A stretch of DNA of 64,000 bases, taken from positions 191,128 through 255,127 of the forward strand of contig CAWKMQ010000018.1 in NCBI GenBank assembly GCA_963850725.1, given 5' to 3'. Positions 36,336 to 46,042 of the stretch are shown in pieces. Both the position numbers and the translations under genes were made by a program. The notes beneath the pieces were generated by a model that saw only the letters and a list, made by a program, of their open reading frames with translations, was not told where the DNA came from and searched no databases. This DNA is from Vicinamibacterales bacterium. Its GTDB lineage: Bacteria > Acidobacteriota > Vicinamibacteria > Vicinamibacterales > JAMQPK01. Position 1 is the stretch's first letter. Each line of letters opens with the position of its first letter.

Positions 36336-37323
36336 ATGCGCAGGAAAGCTCTCATCGCCGGAGTGGCCGTCACGTTCGCGGCCATGCTTCACGGTCAGAT
36401 CAGGTTCCAGCGTCACGCCCGACGACTACAAGCGCTGGCGCACCGAATTGCGCAACTGGGGACGCTGGGGCCCGAACGATCAGAAGGGCACCGCCAATCT
36501 CATCACCGAGAAGAAAGTGCTCGAGGCTGCGCGCCTGGTCCGAAACGGCATCGTCGTGTCGATGTCGGGCCCGGTGCCGCAGGCCGAGGCAGCCGATGTC
36601 GGGCCGAATCAGGTGTTCAAACGTACCACCAACGCCATCGGCCCGAACACGACCACCGATACGTATTCGGTGAGCTACCACGGCCTGTCGACCGGCCACA
36701 CCGATGCCTTCTGTCACTTCTTCATGGACGACCAGATGTACAACGGCTACTCGGCGAAGGAGAACATCACCGCCGAGAGCGGGTGCAAGCAGGGCAGCAT
36801 CATGAGCCGCCGCGACGGCATCGTGACGCGTGGCGTGCTGTACGACATGCCGCAGTTGAAAGGCGTCGAATGGATTGAGCCGGGTACGCCCATCACGCGC
36901 GCCGATCTCGAGGCGTGGGAGAAACGATCGGGAGTGCGCGTCGGTCCTGGTGATGTGATCGTGCTGTATGTCGGCCGCTGGAAGCGTCGCGCCGCCAAGG
37001 GTCCGTGGTCGGGGCAGGTCGCCGGGTTCTATGCCGATGCGATTCCGTTCTTCAAGGCGCGGGACATCGCGTTTGCCGCGCACGACATGAACATCGATTG
37101 GAACCCTCGTCCCGGATGGGGTCCCGAACAGGGGATTCCCGGCAATCCGATCCACCACGCGCTGCTCGGCTGGCTCGGGGCGGGCATCGTCGAAAACCTC
37201 GATCTCGAGAATCTTGCGCAGACCGCGCGCAGGCTGAAGCGCTACGAGTTCATGATGACGTTCGCGCCGCTCCCGGTGGAGGGAGGCAGCGGCTCGCCGG
37301 TCAATCCCATCGCCGTGTTCTAG
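36336..37323 (+). pseudogene. Cyclase-family protein (second copy), exported; one indel after the signal peptide
   Basis: Signal peptide MRRKALIAGVAVTFAAMLHGQ (frame 3). The body is in track ORF 36262..37323 (frame 1: ..WGRWGPNDQKGTANL..GHTDAFCHFF..). The join is near 36405. Confidence 0.75.
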
Positions 37324-37682
37324 CGGGCGTGTCCCCCTATATAGGGAGCTGGTTGCACGGAGTGAGACAGGCTCTACGCGCGGGACGGCGACGGCGCGCG
37401 TGGCTTCTTGCACAGATTTTTCGTCAGGCGCCGGCGCGAGCCGTCCATGTAGTTTGAACGCAAAGATTTAGACATCAAAGCATTAGCGCCGCGAAACGGG
37501 CCGAAATGCGCACGCGTGGCTCTTCCCGCGCGCTCGTTTCAGCATGTGGGACAGGTTGCCATCGCGGTCTCCTTGTTGTAAACCATCGCTTTAAGACAAC
37601 CGGCGAAGAATATCCACGCGCGTTCTGTTCCTTCCGCGCACGATCGATCGGGGTCACACCCCGGAACAGGAGTCGAACGGAC

Positions 37683-38708
37683 ATGACACTACTTCGACGC
37701 ATTGGCTGCGTGACGGCAGCCCTCGGCCTGTTCGCGATGTTCATGGGCCCGCAGGCAGACCTGCACGGCCAGCAACCAGAGCGAGGTGCCGGCGGCGGCC
37801 GGGGACAAGGGGCGGCGGCGGCGGCCGCGGCATGATGGACGTCTGGGTGCCGATGCCGGTCAAAGCCAATCCATTCGTTCCGCCGAACAAGCCGCACACG
37901 AAGCTGTCCGATGTCGCTCGCCAAACACAAGGGGCAGCAGAACTGGAGCGAGGTCGTCTTCCACGATCATCTGTTCCACGGCGAGTACATCTCGCTGGCG
38001 GCCGGCGCGAAAACGCCCCGGCGGTTTCATCAGGATCATCGTGTGTGGTGGGTCGTCCAGGACGGCCAGATGCGCGTGACGGTCGAGGGACAGGAGCCGT
38101 TCGTGGCCTCGAAGGGATTCCTCATCCAGGTGCCGAAGCGTCTCGTGTACAGCATCGAGACGGTCGGCGATCGCCCATCGCTGCGGTTCGAAGTGACCAA
38201 CCCTGCCGCGATCGTGATGTATCCGGGCGATGAAACACCGGCACCGCTGCCGGGCATGAAGTACGAACGGGCCCGCGTGGCGTCGGCCAAGGGCGCGTAC
38301 GACGAGGCCAACGTTCCGTACATCGATTACAACCTGACGATTGCGGGAACGCAGAAGCCCAAGCGCAACCCGACCCAGTTCATCGGCGACGCGCATGACG
38401 GCGGCTACGTCAACGTGGGCATCGTGAACATCCTGAGGGGCGATCCGAAAACACAGAAACCGGCCGCGCCCGGCGACAAGGGGCACTTCCATCTGACAGG
38501 CCCCGAAGCGTGGTTCATTCTCGAGGGGCAGAACGAGTTCCTGATCGGTGACGTGCCGCTCTTCGTGGCGAACCAGGGTGACGTCGTCTACGCGCCGGCA
38601 CAGACGTGGCATCGGCCGCGGCACGTGGGCGACGGCATGGCGACCAGGCTCGCGATCGTGGGCTATGCCAATTCGCACGTGTACTCAGCCACTGGAGGGA
38701 CGGAATAA
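37683..38708 (+). pseudogene. Exported cupin (bicupin-like) protein, two frame changes near the N-terminus
   Basis: Signal peptide MTLLRRIGCVTAALGLFAMFMG (frame 3, stop at 37833). Then MMDVWVPMPVKANPF.. (frame 2), then track ORF 37911..38708 (frame 3) with two cupin-like halves (..WWVVQDGQMRVTVEG.. and ..WFILEGQNEFLIGD..). Confidence 0.65.
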
Positions 38709-38756
38709 CCGCGACGTATTGAACACGGAAGTCGAGGGTCAGACAAGGAGTGCATC

Positions 38757-39573
38757 TTGGCCACCGATATCCGAAACAAGTCGGACACCGACCACGAGAC
38801 GGATCCGTTTGTCACCCGCTACAAGGTGCAGGTGTTGGAGCGCGCGCTGGCGCTGCTCGACGCCCTCGCCATTGCCAACAAGGAAGTCGGTCCGGCCGAG
38901 CTGGCCGCCGTTCTTCATCTTCATAAGAGCACCATTCACCGGCTGCTCAAGGTGCTCGAAGGCCACCGCTTCGTCAGGCGCAATCAGCAGGGCAAATACG
39001 ACCTGGGTCTCAAGCTGTTCGAGCTCGGCAACGTGTCGGTCTCGCGTTTCAGCCTGCCCAAGCGGGCCGAGCCGTTCCTGAAGGACGTCGTCGGAAGGAC
39101 CGGTGAGACCGCGCACATCTGCGTCTTGAGCAACATTCAGATGCTGTCGATTGCCAGCGCCGAAGCGCCGTGGATCGTTCGCGCCATCGGGCACCGCGGC
39201 GAACTGCACTCGTCGGCGTCGGGAAAGGCATTCCTCGCGTTTCTTCCGCGACAGGCGCAGGACCTGATCATCCCGCGGCTGGCGATGACTCGACACACGC
39301 CCAACACGATCGTGATGCCGGCGGCGCTCAAGCTCGAGCTGGCCCGCATCCGCCGGCGCGGGTTTTCGCTCAACGACGAAGAAGTCGAGCTCGGCGTGCG
39401 CTGCATCGCCGCGCCCATCTTCGACTACAAGGCTCGAGTCATCGCCACGCTCTCGATTGCGGGCCCGGTGTTCCGGATGACCAGGGGCCGGCTGCCCGAA
39501 TCTGGCGAGAACCGTCGTCTCGGTGGCGAACGCGTTGTCCCTGGAGCTCGGATATCACGAGGCGGCGTCATAA
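38757..39573 (+). pseudogene. IclR family transcriptional regulator, one frame change near the 3' end
   Basis: wHTH VQVLERALALLDALA..GPAELAAVLHLHKSTIHRLLKVLE, then an IclR effector domain. After ..AGPVFRMT an indel near 39485 moves the tail (..LARTVVSVANALSLELGYHEAAS) to frame 1. Stop at 39571-39573. Confidence 0.85.
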
Positions 39574-39598
39574 AAACAGCGTCGAGAAGGAGGAGCGT

Positions 39599-42461
39599 AT
39601 GGTCGCGTTCGGTTACGGCGCTCGATCGTTCCTTGGGAGACTGGCGGTCGTTGTCCTCTTTCTGAGCGCGCTGGAGTTGTTTTCACTCGCAGCGCCGGCG
39701 TCAGGTCAGGCGACGCTGGCCTCGATCATCGGCGTCGTCACCGACACATCGAACTCGATTCTTCCCGGTGTGACGGTCAGCGCGACGGGGCCCGCTCTGC
39801 AGGTTCCTCAAGTCACCGCGGTGACCAACGAGCGAGGCGAATATCGTCTCGGCCTGCCTCCGGGCACCTACACGCTGACGTTCGAGCTCGCTGGCTTCCA
39901 GCAGGTGAAGCGCGAGGGGGTGCGGCTGGCAGTGGGGTTTACGGCGACCATTGACCAGAGCATGAGCCTGGGGACGGTTGAAGAAACGATCACCGTGTCA
40001 GGTCAATCGCCGCTGGTCGATGTGACCAATCCTGCCACCAGCGTGGATCTGGCGTCCGACGCGCTGGAGCTGCTGCCGACGACCAGAGACGGGCTGAAGG
40101 CGTTCATGGCTCAGGTGCCGGGCATGCGGACCAACCTCGACGTCGGCGCGTCGAGCATGACCGACACGATCGTGATCCGCGCCTACGGCCAGCAGGGTGC
40201 GCCCTGGCAGATGCTCGAAGGCATCATGTTCGCCTCGTCGGGCGGCAACGGTGTGCAGGGCGCGCACGTCGACTTCAACTCCATCGAGTCGACGCGGCTG
40301 CAGACGGTCGGCAGCAGCGCCGAGATGCCGCGGCGCGGCCCGTTCATCGACTCGATCGTGAAGTCGGGCGGCAACCAGTTCAACGGCGAGTTCGTCGCCT
40401 ACGGATCGTCGGATGCGCTCGAAGGCGAGAACGTCGACGAAGAGCTGGCGGCGGCGGGCGTGCGAAACGTGCCCAAGCTGCACGGGATGTGGGACTACAG
40501 TGGCGCCTTTGGCGGCCGGATCATCCGCAACAAGTTGTGGTTCTTCGTGTCGGCCCGCAGCGAGGGATACAACCGGGAAATCCTGAACGCCTTCTATCCC
40601 GACGGCACGCCGATCCTCATCGAAACGGATCAGGCGTTCCATTCGGAGAAGCTGCAGTGGCAGCTTTCGCCGCAGAACAAGGTGACCCTCTTCTATCATG
40701 GCGCGCTCGACATCCAGAGACGAGGCGCCAGCCAGTTCCGCCCGCCGGAATCGATGGAGATCCATCGCGGACCGGTGTCGATGTACAAGGGCGAATGGCA
40801 GAACGTGCGGGGCAATTCGATGGTGGCCTCGCTGCAGTACGGCAACTGGTACAAGCACGCGTACTACTTTGCCTTGCCCGGGTACAACGGAGAGGGGCAC
40901 AAGGTCGCGACGATCGACAATCGCCACTCAATTCGTCACCGGGGATCACTTGAGCGATCAGCGCGTGGAGGACTACTTCCGGAATCATTTCAAGGGATCG
41001 GCCAGTATCTTCGGGTCCGACTTCATCGGTCCCGGGACTCACCAGCTGAAGACGGGGTTCGACTACCTGTTCGGCGGGTATCCGCACAAGAACGGCTCAC
41101 GTCCCGGCGGCAATTATCAGCTCCAGTTCCAGAACTCGGTGCCGTTTGCCGGTCGACACGTTCAACTATCCGGTAAGGCCGTTCAACGACAACAGCTACC
41201 TGGGCCTGTATCTGCAGGATGCGTGGGCAGTCAACCGCCGGCTGAATCTCAGTCTCGGTGTGCGCTACGCCTATGACAACGCGTACGCCCCTCCACAGTG
41301 CCTCGGCCAGACCGACTTCGCGCCGGCCGCCTGCTACGACAAGATCCAGATGCGAGTCTGGCACTCGGTCGTCCCGCGCATCCACTTCGCGCTCGATCTC
41401 ATGGGCGACGGCAAGTCGGTGCTCAAAGGCGGATACGGCATGTTCGTGAATCTGCGCGAGGTCAATCCGGAAGTGGTGACCGCCAATCGCAACAACCGAA
41501 CGGCGACCAACTGGGTCTGGCACGACAACAACAACAATCGTCTGCTCGACAGCGGGGAAATCAACTTCGATCCGAATGGTCCGGATTTCCGGTCGATCTC
41601 GGGTGTGACCGATGCCGTGGCCAATCCGGACGAAGTCCAGCCGAAGTCGGACGAGTGGTCGCTCACCTTCGAACGGGAGGTCAACGGCAGGTGGGGCATT
41701 CGCGGGACCGCGGTATATGCGAGGAACTACGATCTTCGCCGGACGGAGGAAATCTACAGACCGGTACTCCGCGCTACAACATTGCGATCACCAACCCGGA
41801 TCCTGGCGCCGACGGGCGGGTCGGGACCAGTGACGATCCCGGGAAGACGCAAACCTACTACGAGTACCCGCTGGCCCTGAGCGCCCGTCAATTCGCAGGT
41901 ACAACGCTGGTCGACTGGCCTGGCAACCAGGTCTACAAGACCTTCGAGGTCGCCGGAACGAGGCGGCTGGCCGGCGGCTGGCAGATGAACGCTTCGATGT
42001 CGTTCACCAGGGCCGATGCGGACTTCGCCGATCGTCAGGCTCTGAATCCAAATTCAGAGATCAACACAGCCGAACGGTTCTGGGAGAATACGGCCAAAAT
42101 ATCTGGAGGGTACGTCCTGCCGTGGGAGATCATCGCGTCGGCAAACTTCGAGCGAAGGCTGGGCGCTCCGCAGTCGCGACAGGTGCAGTGCACTGGCGGC
42201 CAGACCATTCGATCGATCGTGCTCAATACCGATCCGTTGGGGACGATTCGTCTGCCGAGCACGAACCTGGTGGATTTCCGGTTTGCCAAGCGGATCAGAA
42301 TCCACGGCTCGGGCACGCTGGAGGGGCGGTTCGACTTCTTCAACGTGTTCAACGCCAATTTCGTGACGGCCCGGAATCTTCGGTCGAGCGCCACCTATCT
42401 CGTTCCGTCGGCGATCATTCTGCCGCGCATCCTTCAGCTGGGCGTGACCTACAACTTCTAG
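39599..42461 (+). pseudogene. TonB-dependent receptor with N-terminal CarboxypepD_reg domain, about 3 frame changes
   Basis: N-terminus ..GQATLASIIGVVTDTSNSILPGVTVSATGPALQ..ERGEYRL..YTLTFELAGF. Pieces are in ORFs 39170 (frame 2), 40698 (frame 3), 41146 (frame 1) and 41298 (frame 3). Ends ..ILQLGVTYNF. Confidence 0.85.
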
Positions 42462-42534
42462 CGACAGAGACTCAAGCGATGAAACGTCGGGAAACTCGAA
42501 CCTCAACGATTGGTATTCGAACGGGCGATCGTGG

Positions 42535-44620
42535 ATGAAGGCCTTCCATCGTTCTATCGCAGCCGTGGTCGTCGTTCTGGGAGGTGTGCTGTGTGCGTCA
42601 GTCGCCTCCCAGGAACTCCCCACATTCAAAGCCGAGGTCGAATACGTCGAAGTCGACGCGCTGGTGACGGATCAGAGCGGCGCGCTCGTCAGGGACCTCA
42701 AGAAGGAAGATTTCCAGATCTTCGAAGACGGCAAGTCGCAGTCGATCGCGGGATTCGCGTTCATCGAGATTCCCGTTGAAACCGGCGACCGGCTATCCAC
42801 CGCCTCGCAGCAGCCGGATGTCGCCAGCAACGAACAGCCCTTCGCAGGGCGCGTCTACGTCCTGATCCTGGACGCCCTCCATACCGCGCCCGAGCGGGCT
42901 CCCCGTGTGAAGCGGGCAGCGCAGCAGTTCATCGACAAGTACCTGGCGGCGAACGATCTCATGGCGGTCTTGCACAACGGAGGGTCGTCGGCGGGCTCCC
43001 AGGAGTTCACGAGCGACAAGCGTCTTCTTTCCGCGGCCGTTGACCGTTTCATGGGCCAGAAGCTCATGTCTGCCACGCTGGCGCGCAACGAGCAGTTTTA
43101 CGCGGGCGCGTCGGTGGCCAACGGCACGATCGAGGATCCCCTCGACGCCGAGCGGGGTTTCAACGCGCGGGCGACGACGCGGGTGCTGACCGAGGTCGCC
43201 GACAAGCTGAGCGCGATACGCGGGAGGCGGAAGTCGATTCTCTTCGTCAGCGAAGGCCTGGACTACGACATCACCGACGTGATGAACAACCGTTCGGCGT
43301 CGATCGTGCTCGACGGCATCCGCGACGCCATCGCCGCGGCGACCCGCTCGAACGTCAGCATCTACGCCATCGATCCGCGAGGGCTCACGACGCTGGGCGA
43401 CGACACGATCGAAGTCGGCATGTTCGCCGATCAGCGGCCCATCACGGCTGCGGACACGCCCGATGCGACGCCCGAAGCCATGCAGCGGCAGACCGGCATT
43501 GGCATGAGCTCGCTTCGAAACGAATTGCAGGTGTCGCAGGACAGCCTGAGGACGCTTTCAGACGAGACCAACGGGTTCGCCGCGGTCAACGCGAACGATT
43601 TCAGCGCCGCCTTCGAGCGGATTGTCAGCGCCAACAGCTCGTACTGACGTGCTGGCGTACTATCCGCCCTCGGGCAGGCGGGATGGCAGGTTCCATCGGA
43701 TCGAGGTTCGCACGTCCCGTCCCGGCCTCACGATTCGCGCCCGGCGAGGCTATGTCGTGCCCAAGAGCAATACGAAGGACCAGCGCACCGGAAACAACGA
43801 CGTCTCACCGCAGTTGATGCGGGCGCTGACGAGCATCGTCCCGGCCACCGGATTGAAAATGCGGCTCTTCGTGGCGCCGTTCCTGGGCGCGGGCGCGAAC
43901 GCCTCGGTGCTGCTGGGGATCGAGTTGCGAGGCGCCGATCTCGCGCTGGCCGACAGTCAGCGCGTGGATCTTGCGTACGTCGCCCTGGACTCGTCGGGCG
44001 AGACCCGCACCGACAAGGAGTCCTTCACTCTGAAGCTGCCGCCGGACGCCAAGGCGCGGATCAAGCAAACGGGCATTCGCTTTCTGAAGCGGCTGAATCT
44101 CCCGCCAGGTCGCTACCAGCTTCGGGTCGGGGCGTACGACACCACGAACGGGGCGACCGGCACGGTGATGTACGACCTCGATATTCCAGCTTTCAGCAAG
44201 CTGCCGTTCAGCATGAGCGGTCTGCTCGTGACGTCGAGAGCGGCGGTCTCGATGGTGACGGCGCGTGGAGACCCCGAACTGCAGAAGTTCCTGAAGCTGC
44301 CGCCCGCGGCGCTTCGCACGTTTCCGCAGAACGACGAGGTGGCGGTGGTGACCGAAATCTACGATCGGTCGGGGCCCACGCCGCACACGGTCGACGTCAA
44401 GACCACGGTCAAGTCGCGCGAAGGAAAGGTCGTGTTCGAGCACAACGACCAGCGGTCGTCAGACGAGCTCAAGGGCGCCAACGGCGCGTACGTGCACGGC
44501 ATCGGTCTTCCCGTCGGTGAGCTGCCGCCCGGCAGTTATCTCCTGACCATCGAGGCGCGCTCGCGCCTCGGGCAGTCTGCGAGCAGGCAGATTGAGTTCA
44601 CGGTGGCGGCGGCGCCATAG
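42535..44620 (+). pseudogene. VWFA-related (acidobacterial-type von Willebrand factor A) domain protein, one frame change
   Basis: Signal peptide, then FKAEVEYVEVDALVTDQSGALVRDLKKEDFQIFEDGKSQSI and a VWA-like core. ORF 42535..43647 joins ORF 43622..44620 near 43645 (..ANSSY|VLAYYPPSGRRDGRFHRIEVRT). Confidence 0.8.
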
Positions 44621-44640
44621 CGATCGGCGAACCGCTTTCC

Positions 44641-45151
44641 TTGAAAGAGATTCAAATCGTTCCTACGGCCATCAAGTACGCGGACAGCTTCAACGCTGCC
44701 GTGGATACCGTTGCGAGGGAGCGGAAGTACATCGGCTTCGTCGAAGGCCCGCCACTCGAGGGCACGCGCCACTTCATTCAAAGCCTCGTCGACGGGTCCG
44801 GTATCCAGATGCTGGCGGTCACGCCGGCGGACACGGTCGTGGGCTGGTGCGACATCATCCGCAATCCGCACGAAGGATTTCGACACGTGGGCCGTCTGGG
44901 AATGGGCCTGCTTTCGGAATATCGCGGCCGAGGGTTGGGCAGGCAATTGGCGGTTCACGCCATCAGGGCGGCGCGACAGATGGGTATCGAGCGCATCGAG
45001 CTCGAGGTGTTCGCGTCCAACACCGCCGCCATCGCTCTCTATCGTGCGCTCGGGTTTGTCACCGAAGGCACGAAGCGGCGTGCCCGAAAGCTGGACGGCG
45101 AGTACCGACGACAACGTCGTCATGGCTCTGCTGGCAGACACCTCGATATGA
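44641..45151 (+). pseudogene. GNAT family N-acetyltransferase, one frame change near the 3' end
   Basis: Sequence ..VGWCDIIRN..GMGLLSEYRGRGLGRQLAVHAI..IELEVFASNTAAIALYRALGF. The tail ..DDNVVMALLADTSI is in the frame of ORF 44711..45151. The stop overlaps the next start (ATGA at 45148). Confidence 0.8.
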
Positions 45152-45970
45152 GCAACCGGAGCGAATATCTGCTTGGGATGGAGCCGGCCGAAGTTGCGCG
45201 GCTCGAGCGGCAGCACGCCGTCTGGCGTGCCGAGACCCACAAGGTCTGGGAACTGGCCGGCTTTGGTGCCGGTCAGACGCTCGTGGACCTGGGCAGTGGA
45301 CCCGGGTTCGCTGCGGTCGAGCTCGCGCATCTCGTGGGCAGTTCGGGTCGTGTGATCGCCGTCGATGCTTCCAGTACCGCGACCGATCAGCTTCGGAAGA
45401 TCGCTGAAGAGAGGGCCATCGAGAACGTCGAGATCGTGACGGCAGACGTCGCCGAATTCGATCCGTCTCCGTGGAACCCGGATGGCCTGTTCGCACGGTG
45501 GCTCTTCTCCTTCGTGGAACGGCCAGAGGCCGCGATCGCGACACCTCACCTCAGGGCTTCGTGCCGGAGCGACGGTGGCCGTCATGGATTACTGGAACTA
45601 TCTCGCGATGCGCACCGAGCCCGGCAGCCCCTTGTTCGCAAAAGTCTTCCGGGCGGTCTATGACAGTTTCGCCGACGCCGGAGGTTCCCTCGACATTGCC
45701 GGGCGGCTGCCCGCGATGTTCGACCGGGCGGGGCTGACCGTCACGCACGTGGAGGCGCTGTGTCAGACGGGGCAGCCAGGGTCGTCCGTGTGGGAGTGGG
45801 TGGCAGAGTTCCAGCGGCTCTACCTTCCCGTGCTGGTGCGGAAGGGGTATCTCACACAATCCGAGTCCGAGATCTACGAAGCGTGGTGGCGGACACAGGA
45901 AGAGAATCGGACCGCGGTCCTCTTCGGTCCGCCGCTTCTCGGTGTCATCGCCGTGAAGAATTCCGTGTAG
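45148..45970 (+). pseudogene. Class I SAM-dependent methyltransferase, one frame change
   Basis: Motif I LVDLGSGPGFAAVELA, then ..VIAVDAS... The frame of ORF 44641 joins ORF 45482..45970 near 45540 (..AVMDYWNYLAMRTEPGSPLF..). Confidence 0.8.
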
Positions 45971-46030
45971 TACGTAGTGTCCGGCTTTAGCCGGACTTCA
46001 CGCGGTCCGCCTGAAGGCGGACACTACGTA
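45971..46030. repeat. REP-like element, complete doublet (two hairpins plus a closing inverted repeat)
   Basis: tacgtagt-gtccggc-ttta-gccggac-ttcacgcg-gtccgcc-tgaa-ggcggac-actacgta. It fills 60 of the 72 bp between the convergent stops at 45970 and 46043. Track ORF 45977.. (MSGFSRTSRGPPEGGHYV..) is a translation artefact. Confidence 0.85.
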
Positions 46031-46042
46031 ATCGGACACGCT

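Noticed and set aside
37395-37415. Sigma-54 type promoter (TGGC..TTGCA) upstream of the bicupin gene
   Set aside because: The spacing between the GG and GC elements is about 7 nt rather than the required spacing of about 10-11 nt.
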